This document shows, in pieces, positions 1 through 9,277 of a DNA stretch of 64,000 nucleotides. The stretch lies in the NCBI GenBank assembly GCA_938017505.1, contig CALIKV010000031.1, forward strand, positions 2,511 through 66,510. Reading direction: 5' to 3'. The stretch is from an uncultured Sulfolobales archaeon (lineage in GTDB: Archaea; Thermoproteota; Thermoprotei_A; Sulfolobales; NBVN01). The notes under the pieces are model-generated. The model was not told the DNA's origin. It ran no database searches and worked only from the letters and a program-made list of their open reading frames with translations. Each line of letters starts with the position of its first letter. Position 1 is the stretch's first letter. Made by a program: the position numbers and the translations under genes.

Positions 1-1210
1 TCGCCGTTATTTCCTCAACGAGTTCCCGTATTCTCTTAACGCCCTCAACTATCTTCTCCTCGTCTACTGCGTAACTGAACCTGATGTAGTCCCTCCCGAA
101 GTCCTTCGGGAAGGCCGTCCCCGGTAGGGTCACGACGTACTTCTCATCTATCAGCTTGTTGACGAACGCCTCCACGTCAAGGCCTACGGAGCCAAGCAGC
201 TTAGCCACCCTAGGGAATAGGTAGAAGGCTCCCCTACCCCTCCAAACCTCGAAGCCTTTCACCTTCCTCAACTCGTTGTAGAGGGTCAGCCTCCTCCTGT
301 CAAAGAGCTTCACCATCTCCCTGACAGGAGTCCAGTCGCCTTTAAGAGCTGTCACGCCTGCCTTCTGAGCCACTGAGGGCGGGCAGGACCACGTGTTCAC
401 GGCCAGCTTGACAAGCAGCTTGGCAACCTCCCTCCTCACCACTAAGTAACCGAGCCTCCAACCAGTCATCGAGAACGTCTTCGAGAACCCGTTGCAGTAA
501 AGGACGTGATCCCTCCAGTCAGGGAAGCTCATGAAGGACTTGAAATCGGCATTCTCGTAGAGGAAGTTATCGTATATCTCGTCGGCGAATATGAGGAGCT
601 TGTAGTCCCTGGCGAGATCCATCAACTCCTCGACCTCCTTGCTGCTGAAGACCGCTCCGGTAGGGTTGTGTGGGTTGACTATGGCGATCCCCCTAGTCTT
701 CTTCGTTATTGACTCGTGGATAGCGTTGAGATCGAGCGCGAAGCCTTCCTCGCTGCCTAACCACTTTAAAGGCACGTAGACGGGTCTCGCACCGAGGAAC
801 TTAGGCAGCTCAGAGTACACTGGGTACGTCGGGTCAGTGACTATGACCTCGTCTTTGGGCCTCACGTAGGCCGCCATAGCTAAGTAAGCAGCCCCCTTCG
901 TTCCCATAGTAATCAACACCTCGTCAGGCCTGACGTCGCTGCCGTACTTGGCGTTCAAGTACTCAGCGACTGACTCCCTCAACTCCCTAATGCCCTCAGT
1001 CTCTGTGTAGCCGGTGAACCTCAGGTCAAGCGCCTTCTTACCCTCCTCAATTATGTGAGGTGGAGTGGGTATGTCAGGCTGGCCAACCCCGAACGATATC
1101 ACGTTGAAGCCTCTTGAGGTCAGCTCCTTAGCACGGGCGATGTACTGGAAGGCGGTCTCGCCGGAGATCTCCTCAACAACACCGCTGTAATTGAGGACGG
1201 GCGATATCAC
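1..1210 (-). CDS. PLP-dependent class I/II (aspartate-type) aminotransferase, truncated by the window edge
   Basis: Manual translation from GTG at 1210 (not in the ORF track): ISFGVGQPD, NPHNPTG, DEIYDNF, GFSKTFSMTGWRLGY (PLP lysine motif). Confidence 0.92.
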   Translation of the reverse strand, partial: MISPVLNYSGVVEEISGETAFQYIARAKELTSRGFNVISFGVGQPDIPTPPHIIEEGKKALDLRFTGYTETEGIRELRESVAEYLNAKYGSDVRPDEVLITMGTKGAAYLAMAAYVRPKDEVIVTDPTYPVYSELPKFLGARPVYVPLKWLGSEEGFALDLNAIHESITKKTRGIAIVNPHNPTGAVFSSKEVEELMDLARDYKLLIFADEIYDNFLYENADFKSFMSFPDWRDHVLYCNGFSKTFSMTGWRLGYLVVRREVAKLLVKLAVNTWSCPPSVAQKAGVTALKGDWTPVREMVKLFDRRRLTLYNELRKVKGFEVWRGRGAFYLFPRVAKLLGSVGLDVEAFVNKLIDEKYVVTLPGTAFPKDFGRDYIRFSYAVDEEKIVEGVKRIRELVEEITA

Positions 1211-1374
1211 GTGAACACCCGTAATACTTAAGCCCCACCGTCTAATAAACGTTCATGAGACTGTTAGGAGTTCTAAACGCGATAGGAGAACGCGGGGCTA
1301 AGTTTTTAATGGACGTCGAGGGACGAATGGTTATAGAGAAAAAGGCTTTCTCGATTTTTACGCCCCGTTTCAGC

Positions 1375-3582
1375 TTAGCCTGCTATCTTTCTACGCACTA
1401 CCATAACTAAGTAGGCCGCTATCAAGACGGATATGAGTGAGAAGACCACGGCTAGCCAGACGGCGGTGGAGATCATGGAGATGCCCTCAGTAGCCGACTT
1501 TATCGCCGACACGTCTGCCTTAATGGTACCCACGTCAGTCTTAACGGTAGCTACGTCGCCCTGAACGCTCGTTATCGTGCCTTTGAGAGTCCCTACGTCT
1601 GTCTTAACGGTAGCTACGTTACCGTCTATACTGGTCACCACGGGCTTTATCGCCGCTACGTCTGCTTTAATGGTTCCTACATCCGTCTTTATAACAGCTA
1701 CGTCGCCCTGAACACTCGTTATGGTAGCGTCCAGCGAGTCAAGCATGGATATCACCGTGGCTAAGTCGGCCTGGATTGCCGTGAGTATTGGGTCGCCTTC
1801 CTCGGTCACTGTGAAGAGCGCGTAGGTCGGCTTGTACGGCGGCTCAGACGCTTCTGGATATATTGACACTACGTGTAGCCCTGGCCTGAAGCCCGCTGCT
1901 ATGAAGACCACCTCGATGTCGCCGGTCTCGTTAGCCCATATTAGGGATGGCCAGTACCAGACGCCGTTAGCTCCTAAGAAGTTGTTGTCTATGTTGATGG
2001 CATAGCCTTTTCCAGGCTCGAAGCCCAGGCCTATGACGCGGACTTCCGACCCGTCGTTGCTGATGACCGACGGCACTACCACGAATTTAGGTAGTATGGT
2101 GAAAGTCGCTTCAGCCCACGTGGTGCATACATACCACGGATAGCACGCCGTTACATCGTGCTCGCCGCCGTAGTCGTGGGGAACTACGAACCTCACTGTG
2201 ACGTTGAACTTCCCGTCAGGTCCTGTCGTGCCGTTAACGATGTTAATCCAATCACTATAACCAACTTCTGGGTTATATCCATACCACCATATGCCTACAA
2301 GCACGTCTGCCGGGAATCCGTAGACCCTAGCCTCTACCAAATCACCTACGTAGCCTTTCTCGGGTATCAAGACCAGCGTCGGGTGGACGTAGATGTAGAA
2401 GACGTACAGGACGCCTGCGTTACTGACTTTAACGGTGTGCCATCCTACCGTGAGCTCAGGCACCTTGAACGTCGTGTTGAAGAACCCTGACGCGTTAGGC
2501 GTGACGCTTCCTAAGAACTTGCCGTCAACGCTGAAGCTGACGGGGCCTGTTGGGTTCCACCAAGCGCCAGCGACCACCACGGTGTCGAAGACGTAGACAT
2601 CAAGTCCTAATGTGTTGTTGCCTGCACCCGTGTATAGGTCTGTGAAGGGAAGTGGTTCATCACCGTATTTCACAGACTTCAGCTGGACGAAAGCCCTATA
2701 ATACTCCTCGTACTCAACGTAATCGATTAAGTCGCCTGTTTCGTTATACCACACGTACACCGTGACCGTATCGCTCGGCACGGAACCAAATCCAATCCAC
2801 TCTGCCTTCAAGTCTTTAATGCGCCACGAGTAAGTGAGCTTTCCTACGTTGTCTGTCCAGGCCTGTCCGAACACCTCGTCGTTCGCGCTACTGCCCCCGT
2901 AAGTCAGGTTCAGCAGCTTGTTAGGCTGGAGAGCAACACCCTTCAGAGTCACTAATGCCCCTCCGGGACCCTCCGTCGGGGTTATTTCTAAGGCAGGCAG
3001 GATGTCAACTATCTGAGCGCTGACGGCCACGGCGGTGGCTGCACCGTCGAATATCTTTATGTACTGGTACTCAGGGGTTATGTCGAAGGGTATCGGCCCT
3101 ATAAGCACTTTATATGAGGTAGAACCAATGGTGATAGTTCCTATGTAGAAGTCGGCCTTACCTCCCTTCAGAAGCGGGTTGGTCTTGCTGACCTTCTTCA
3201 ACGGTGCGTTTAAGTCGCTCACCAAGAAGCCTCTAGCGTAGCATTTGTCGTCAGGGCTTATCGCTGAATAACCGTCTTTACTTATGTATAGGTCAAACTG
3301 GGACCCCGAGAACGTGACTAAGTTGGTGGATCCAATTGCGAAGACTATGGCTAGGTAGCCGGTCGCCGGAAGGCCATCCATCTCAATGACCTCGTCGGAG
3401 CCCGCCTTAATCGATACGTTGAAGTCCGCGAGATCGATGGTGGTTGGAGAATCCCTACTGTCTACTACACCAAGTACTGGGTGGCCTGTTGAGGCCTGAA
3501 TGGGAATTGACGTCAGGAGTCCTAGTGCCAGCACCGCTATGATGAGTAGAGCGCTTACTTTATACGCCTTGTTTGTGTTCAT
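1375..3582 (-). CDS. Membrane-anchored cell-surface/S-layer-like glycoprotein (Ig-like repeats plus coiled-coil stalk)
   Basis: N-terminal signal peptide, three IPT/Ig-like starts (LEITPTEGPGG, LVLIPEKGYVG, FVVVPSVISNDG), many NxS/T sequons, TDVGTIK repeats, C-terminal TM helix with RRK tail. Confidence 0.75.
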   Translation of the reverse strand: MNTNKAYKVSALLIIAVLALGLLTSIPIQASTGHPVLGVVDSRDSPTTIDLADFNVSIKAGSDEVIEMDGLPATGYLAIVFAIGSTNLVTFSGSQFDLYISKDGYSAISPDDKCYARGFLVSDLNAPLKKVSKTNPLLKGGKADFYIGTITIGSTSYKVLIGPIPFDITPEYQYIKIFDGAATAVAVSAQIVDILPALEITPTEGPGGALVTLKGVALQPNKLLNLTYGGSSANDEVFGQAWTDNVGKLTYSWRIKDLKAEWIGFGSVPSDTVTVYVWYNETGDLIDYVEYEEYYRAFVQLKSVKYGDEPLPFTDLYTGAGNNTLGLDVYVFDTVVVAGAWWNPTGPVSFSVDGKFLGSVTPNASGFFNTTFKVPELTVGWHTVKVSNAGVLYVFYIYVHPTLVLIPEKGYVGDLVEARVYGFPADVLVGIWWYGYNPEVGYSDWINIVNGTTGPDGKFNVTVRFVVPHDYGGEHDVTACYPWYVCTTWAEATFTILPKFVVVPSVISNDGSEVRVIGLGFEPGKGYAINIDNNFLGANGVWYWPSLIWANETGDIEVVFIAAGFRPGLHVVSIYPEASEPPYKPTYALFTVTEEGDPILTAIQADLATVISMLDSLDATITSVQGDVAVIKTDVGTIKADVAAIKPVVTSIDGNVATVKTDVGTLKGTITSVQGDVATVKTDVGTIKADVSAIKSATEGISMISTAVWLAVVFSLISVLIAAYLVMVVRRKIAG
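1500..1725 (-). repeat. Intragenic repeats encoding the stalk (TSVQGDVAxxKTDVGTxK x3)
   Basis: Visible at both DNA level (gtcttaacggtagctacgt twice; agctacgtcgccctgaac twice) and protein level. Confidence 0.8.
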
Positions 3583-3679
3583 GCTTTGAAGTCACCACGA
3601 TAGATATCTCCCTCGATAGAGTATTTAAGCCTGATGCCTACAGAAGTTAAGTGTTTCTAGGTTCTGTATACAGGGTTAC

Positions 3680-4249
3680 TCACGTCACGAACTCGAGAAG
3701 TATTAGACCTTTCACGTGCTCTGCTCTCCGGACGTGATGTCCTAGACCTATCACCACCCCCTCTACGAACTTGGCTAGGGGCTCTGTCGACTTCGCCGCG
3801 TGCGTTGATGAGACGCACCTGAGTTTAGTAGTGTTTCCCTCCCGCTTAAGCTCCACCTCGTTTAAATCCCACCTAACGGTCTCCAGGAAGCTCTTCAGCT
3901 TGTTAAGTGGGTTGTCGAACCTCTCCCTCAGGTACTTCCCGTAGAGGACGCCGCTCTCGAACCACTTCTTAAGTAGCTCCTCCTGAGACCTACAGGAACC
4001 CTCTGTCAAGCACTCGAGGACTTCCTGAGGCGTGAAAACCCCTCCGAGCACTCTCAGCGACGCCACGGCCTCAAGAGTCTCGGCAGCCTCCTCAACGCTG
4101 TAGCCGAGGTCCTCTAATCTGACGGCCTGCTTCAGTGACTCCTCCACGAACCTGCTTATGAACGTCCCCTTCTTCCTCGAGACCCTGAGGATCTCCTCCA
4201 CTATGTCCTCGGACACGTAGACGAGCTTCTTCTCCTTACCCATACGCAC
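3680..4249 (-). CDS. Hypothetical protein, RHH-like N-terminus plus V4R-like domain
   Basis: KKLVYVSEDIVEEI..S.FVEESL (strand-helix-helix pattern); WFESG...G and FVEGV..G. Paralog of the next gene. Confidence 0.55.
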   Translation of the reverse strand: MRMGKEKKLVYVSEDIVEEILRVSRKKGTFISRFVEESLKQAVRLEDLGYSVEEAAETLEAVASLRVLGGVFTPQEVLECLTEGSCRSQEELLKKWFESGVLYGKYLRERFDNPLNKLKSFLETVRWDLNEVELKREGNTTKLRCVSSTHAAKSTEPLAKFVEGVVIGLGHHVRRAEHVKGLILLEFVT

Positions 4250-4859
4250 CAGCTTCCCTCTTAACAGCCTCCAGCCCGAGGGAACCCCTGGATACCTCCC
4301 TACTGACCACCCTATAGCTCAGGACGTTGAGGGCCCCCTCCAGGAACGCCGCTAGGAGGACGCTGTAGGGCTCAGGAGCCTTGGGGTTCGCCACCCTCAC
4401 GTGTAGGCCCTCACCACTCCTCCTCACAGTCAGCTCTGGGGCTTCCCACGTGAATGACTTGAAGCTGTTTAAGAACGCCTCGACAGGATCTCTAAGATCG
4501 CCAGTGGCGTAGCGCTTCGCAAGCCAAGCCCCAGCCTCAAACCAGCTCCTAACAGCCTGATCCCCGGCACCTCGATACGCTAGCTCTATCATCTCATATA
4601 ATAAGCCCTCCAAAACTAACACGTAGCCAGTCCTCCTAGCCGCCTCCAGGAGTGACTCCTCCTCAACAACCCTCCTCAAGTTCACGCCAGAGTCCTCAGC
4701 CTTGAGAACTACCTCGAAGATCTCGTTGACGAGGCTGTAGAGACTGCAACCCCTCCTTTCAGCCACCTCGCTAAGCCTGTCCACGAGATCCTTCCTTGCG
4801 AAGAGTGCCTTCCTCTCAGCCTCACTCCTGATCAAAACCAACCACCAACAACCCATCAT
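4236..4859 (-). CDS. Hypothetical protein, RHH-like N-terminus plus V4R-like domain (start probably ~4833)
   Basis: RKALFARKDLVDRL..SLYSLVNEI; WFEAGAWLA and FLEGAL. Overlaps the downstream paralog. Confidence 0.55.
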   Translation of the reverse strand: MMGCWWLVLIRSEAERKALFARKDLVDRLSEVAERRGCSLYSLVNEIFEVVLKAEDSGVNLRRVVEEESLLEAARRTGYVLVLEGLLYEMIELAYRGAGDQAVRSWFEAGAWLAKRYATGDLRDPVEAFLNSFKSFTWEAPELTVRRSGEGLHVRVANPKAPEPYSVLLAAFLEGALNVLSYRVVSREVSRGSLGLEAVKREAGAYG

Positions 4860-5038
4860 CTAGTAATAATTACGTGAACAAGCTCTTTTAATACTTCCCT
4901 CCGTTGAGGGAGCACGCAAAGCCCTGTAAATAGGGGGTGGTGACTGCAAGTGGCTAGTCAGTCCCGAGCATGCTCTGAGTTCACTCAGACCACACCGCGG
5001 TCGCGGTACGTCGTACTAAGTACCGTCGGTCTCCATCC

Positions 5039-7411
5039 CTACTTCTTACCTAGATAGTCGGCCAGCGACTTACCTCTCGGTGATTCAAGCTGCTTCTCAG
5101 TTACCCCGAAGTACGAAAGTATCCTGAGGGCTGCGGGTATCACCTGGTGATTCACGTAGTAGTCTGTGTCGATTTCGTGCGGCTTGACCGTCATGTAGGG
5201 GTGTGCTCTAGAGGAAATGCTCCCGGACCCCTTAGTGACTACGTACCCTACCTTGCTCCCGACGTCCAGCTTGACGCCGAGCTTCTCGAGCCTTCTAGCG
5301 GCCATCACGTGAGGCGCGTCCACCTCGTACTCGTCTATCCTCTTGGTCAGGGTCTTCCATATGACCAGCTTCTCCACGTCCACGGCGTTAGACTTTAAGT
5401 CCTCGACAACCCTCCTCACGTAGTTAACGGCCTCGCCGACGTTCTTCGTCGTGAGGATTATCTTAGCCACTCCCTCCTGAACCTCCTTAGCTATGTCGGT
5501 CCAGTCACCTCTGACCGCCTCGAAGCCCACTATGTCTATCCTCCCGTCCCCCGTGAGGCCCACGTACCTCTTCTTGGCCTCAGTGAAGAAAACCCTCCTG
5601 TAAACCTTGTCGACCTTGATCTCCAGGCCCAGCTCCTCGTTAACCAGGTTGATGAACTTCTCTATTGAGTCCCTTGAGTAGCTGACGAAGAGCGAGTCAG
5701 TGTCCCCGTAGATCACCCTGAGGCCCAGGACCCTCGCTAGCTCGATGGCCCTGGAGATTGTTCTCCTGCCCAACGCCGTTATGCTCTCAGCGCCCTCCTT
5801 GAAGTACCACCTAGCACCAACCCAGCCCATGTACCCGTAGGACGCGTTGGCCAGGATCTTGAGAGCCCTCTGCCTCTCGTCCAGCACCCTATACTCAGGG
5901 CTCTCGGGGTCCAGCCTCCTCATGAGGGCCCGGATCTCTCCCCTCAGCCTAAGCAGTGTGGTGAGGACGTTCTTGTAGAATCCCGGAGGGTCTCTCAAGA
6001 ACCTGTAGTTGAGGTCCTCGACGAAGTAGCACCTGGACTCATCGCAGTCCCCCCTGACCAGCGTGTCAGGACTCACGTTATATTTGATCATGAGGTTCGG
6101 GTACATGGACGTGAAGTCAAGCACTACCACGTCCTCGTGCACGCCCTTAATCGGCTCCAGAACTATCGCCCCCTTATACGGCTCGTAAGGCCTCTCAACC
6201 CTGTTAGGTATTAGCTCGCCGTACTTAACGGCCTCACGCATTAAGTACCACTCAAGCCTGTACCCAACTGAAGCGACGCCGACCTGATCCAGCGGCAGCC
6301 CCGTCAGGCTGGATAGCTGGATAGCGAAGGGGAGGAACTCCTTCGCAAGCAGTAAGGTCGAGACGGCGTCGTCCCTGGCGTACTTGATGAGGGTCTCCCT
6401 CAACTCCCTGCTGTCCCAGTACTTAGGTATCTCGTGCCACGGGATCAGGACCCTCTCCGACTTCCTCATGACGCCCAGGTAATCAGCGACCTCGTCGAGG
6501 GACTTGACCTTGACCTCAGGAATCTCCTCAGCGAAGTTGTACAGGTCAACGTGTAGCCTGCCGGGGATTGAGACGTGACCGTAGGCCGACTGACGGGGGA
6601 CCCCGCCCCTAACCCTCCCGACGTCGAGCCTCGTCCTAAGCACGTGGGACCTCTGCATCAAGTACTGCCAGTCAAACATGTTGGAGTTGTAACCGACGAT
6701 GACGTCAGGGTCGTACTCGTTCACGTACCTGACGAACTCGTCTATTAATGAGGCGTCACTGCCTCCGTCCTCCTTAACGAGGACCTTCACCTCCCCCCTG
6801 TCGTTCGCAACCGCGATGATGATCACCGGGTTGTTCTCAGGCCTTAACGAGCCTAGGGGGCTGTAGACCTCGATGTCGAAGGCCAGGACCCTGAGCTTAG
6901 GGGGCCTGGCCTCCTCCAGCCTCCGTAGATCCCCTTTAAGCACGTACGCGCTCCTGACCCTGAACCCAGTTGGACTAGTGCTCTCCACGTCAGCCTCGTA
7001 CCAGCTACACGGCGTGGCCCCCCTGTCCAGTATGTAGCGCATGGAGAACCTCACGTCAGCCTCGAGGACCTCCCTAACGCCATCCAGCCTCGAGACCTCC
7101 TCCCTATACTCTCGAACGCTCTCGGGGATGGTCGTGACCACCTTCAAGGCATTCACCGGCCTGCCGTAGTACTTCCTCTCAGCCAGGCTCACGTCAATTA
7201 TGGGGGACTTAGGCTTGCTTAACGCCTTGATCCCCCTCGCCACGCGCTCCGTGTCCGCGTCCTCGCTGAGGACTGCGTAGAAGTAAGGCCTGAAGGAGGG
7301 GTCCTTAATCAGGATGGGCTCCTCGTCCTCGTCGAGCCCCCACAACATAATAACGGGTACGTTCCCTTCAACCTCGTAGCTCACGTCGATCAAGTAGAAC
7401 CTAAGCCTCAT
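5039..7411 (-). CDS. polB: Family B DNA polymerase (PolB3 type)
   Basis: ExoI FDIEV, ExoII YNSNMFD, DFTSMYP, KILANASYGY, YGDTDS; 790 aa. Confidence 0.97.
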   Translation of the reverse strand: MRLRFYLIDVSYEVEGNVPVIMLWGLDEDEEPILIKDPSFRPYFYAVLSEDADTERVARGIKALSKPKSPIIDVSLAERKYYGRPVNALKVVTTIPESVREYREEVSRLDGVREVLEADVRFSMRYILDRGATPCSWYEADVESTSPTGFRVRSAYVLKGDLRRLEEARPPKLRVLAFDIEVYSPLGSLRPENNPVIIIAVANDRGEVKVLVKEDGGSDASLIDEFVRYVNEYDPDVIVGYNSNMFDWQYLMQRSHVLRTRLDVGRVRGGVPRQSAYGHVSIPGRLHVDLYNFAEEIPEVKVKSLDEVADYLGVMRKSERVLIPWHEIPKYWDSRELRETLIKYARDDAVSTLLLAKEFLPFAIQLSSLTGLPLDQVGVASVGYRLEWYLMREAVKYGELIPNRVERPYEPYKGAIVLEPIKGVHEDVVVLDFTSMYPNLMIKYNVSPDTLVRGDCDESRCYFVEDLNYRFLRDPPGFYKNVLTTLLRLRGEIRALMRRLDPESPEYRVLDERQRALKILANASYGYMGWVGARWYFKEGAESITALGRRTISRAIELARVLGLRVIYGDTDSLFVSYSRDSIEKFINLVNEELGLEIKVDKVYRRVFFTEAKKRYVGLTGDGRIDIVGFEAVRGDWTDIAKEVQEGVAKIILTTKNVGEAVNYVRRVVEDLKSNAVDVEKLVIWKTLTKRIDEYEVDAPHVMAARRLEKLGVKLDVGSKVGYVVTKGSGSISSRAHPYMTVKPHEIDTDYYVNHQVIPAALRILSYFGVTEKQLESPRGKSLADYLGKK

Positions 7412-7447
7412 ACCAGCTCCGTTAAAAATACCGTTAACAAGGTAATA

Positions 7448-8824
7448 TTACTTACGGAGTGCTTCGCGCGAGGACTGCAGGTATTTGAGGACTGTGTTAG
7501 CGACTTCAAACGATTTACGATACACCGCGTCCATGTTCAGGTACTCCCACGAGCCGAACCTGCCGTTGAGGAACACACCGCGCTCCCTCAGCCTCCCTAG
7601 CACGGGGTTCAGGACGGAAGCCCTCACGCCGTCGTAGAGAACGTAGGCGTCACTCCACCTCCAGACCCTGCCGACCTCAAGCTCCGGGCTGCTCACCAAG
7701 CCGGCGTCTACCACGTCCTCGTACACCCTGCTCACAAGCGCGTTGTCCGAAACGGAGTTCAGCTCGTCCTCGTTGCTGAACGAGACCTCAGCTATTAACG
7801 AGACCCTTCCCCGGGGTGCGTTGTCCCCCGAGTAGTTGCTTAGAACGGCCACCCTGTGCGGCAGGTACTCCCTATCGGGCAGGTAGACCCAGTGGTAGGG
7901 CTTCACCTCACCCCTGACCCCGAGCCCGACGACCGCTATCGGAACTGACTTAAGCCTCTCAAGCCCCTCAGCGTCCTCGCCGAGGAGGTCCCTCAACACG
8001 CCTCCCGACCTCCTCAGCGAGGCGGTGTAGACTACGGCATCGCACCTCAGGCTCAATTCCCTCGTCTCAACGGTTAACCCGCCATCATCGCCCGCGAGGA
8101 TTCTCTCGACAGCCTGTCGAGCAGCGATCTCGGCTCGAGAGGTCTTGAGGACCTTGCCAATCATGCCCCGGATCAGCGATTCAATTCCCCCTCTAGACGG
8201 GTAGTAGAACGTGAGCTGGTGAGTGTATCCCTCCACACTCATTCCAACAGCGCTCATGACTATGTCCTTAAGCGGGGGTGCCGGGACCCGGCCCTCAACC
8301 CACTCCAGGGTTATGTTGCTGAGGTCCGTCTTCCATATCTTCTCGTTGTAGGGTATCAAGTACTTGCTCGCTATCCCCTCCCCGAAGACGTAGGGCAGCC
8401 ACTCGCGGAAGTTGGTCGGCCTCCTTAACTCCCCCTTAACCCTCTTCAGGTAGGTCTCCAGAGCGCTCCAGACGCACTCAAACCTCTCCTCAGGAGGCAG
8501 ATCTCCTAACCCGTTCTCGAACGGGTACTTAACGTAGATCCCTCTGTAGTAGACCTTGGAGTTCCTCCGGTGCTTGACGTAGTTCCCGTTGAGGAAGCTG
8601 AGCAGCTCGTTGAGGAGCGTGGGGTCCTTGCTGAAGAGTATGTGTGATCCGCCGGCGTCGAACAGGTAGCCTCCCACCGACTCGCTCTTAAGCAGGCCGC
8701 CTGGCCTGTCCGAAGCCTCCAGGATCACCGCTTTGACTGAGGCGTCGCTCCTTAGGATGTGGTAGGCTGTCGAGAGCCCTGAGAGACCGCCGCCCACTAT
8801 ACAGATCGTCTTAAAACCCGTCAA
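7448..8824 (-). CDS. FAD-dependent oxidoreductase (protoporphyrinogen oxidase/UDP-galactopyranose mutase-like)
   Basis: GGGLSGL Rossmann motif, DAGGSH, PYNEKIW, GRFGSWEYLNMD. Confidence 0.8.
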   Translation of the reverse strand: MTGFKTICIVGGGLSGLSTAYHILRSDASVKAVILEASDRPGGLLKSESVGGYLFDAGGSHILFSKDPTLLNELLSFLNGNYVKHRRNSKVYYRGIYVKYPFENGLGDLPPEERFECVWSALETYLKRVKGELRRPTNFREWLPYVFGEGIASKYLIPYNEKIWKTDLSNITLEWVEGRVPAPPLKDIVMSAVGMSVEGYTHQLTFYYPSRGGIESLIRGMIGKVLKTSRAEIAARQAVERILAGDDGGLTVETRELSLRCDAVVYTASLRRSGGVLRDLLGEDAEGLERLKSVPIAVVGLGVRGEVKPYHWVYLPDREYLPHRVAVLSNYSGDNAPRGRVSLIAEVSFSNEDELNSVSDNALVSRVYEDVVDAGLVSSPELEVGRVWRWSDAYVLYDGVRASVLNPVLGRLRERGVFLNGRFGSWEYLNMDAVYRKSFEVANTVLKYLQSSREALRK

Positions 8825-9219
8825 CCCCTATCCCTGTGAGGGAAAACCGACCTGAGATCCCCACCGCCTTCGAAGATGAACAGCTCGACGTAAGGCCTCG
8901 CCGAAGCCTTGATTAAGTGACCGCCCTTAACGCCCGTGTCCTTGGCACTTAGAGCCACGTGCACGTGGATGGAGACGCTGCCGTCGCTCCTCACCAGGTA
9001 ATTGCCGAGCAGCGAGACGACCTCTAGTATCTCTTCCTCTCCGGCTTTCAGGACTTCCCTTAAGTAAGTTGAGGTCTTCGGGTTGTAGTAGCCTATCTCC
9101 GCTCGTTCGAAGCCTCCTATGCCGACGATTAAGCCTCCCCTCAGGCCTTCGCCGAGGATCACGCGCTCAAGAGCGTCCGGTAGTATGGAGCCTTCGTTCA
9201 ACTTGACGGCCTTAATCAC
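8821..9219 (-). CDS. PPC/DUF296 domain protein
   Basis: GIGG, EVVSLLGN, HVH, GGHL motifs. Confidence 0.85.
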   Translation of the reverse strand: MIKAVKLNEGSILPDALERVILGEGLRGGLIVGIGGFERAEIGYYNPKTSTYLREVLKAGEEEILEVVSLLGNYLVRSDGSVSIHVHVALSAKDTGVKGGHLIKASARPYVELFIFEGGGDLRSVFPHRDRG

Positions 9220-9277
9220 CCAACATCACCAAGCATATAGGTTGGTCAGGCTTTAATAGTTTCCCCGCTATATCTTA

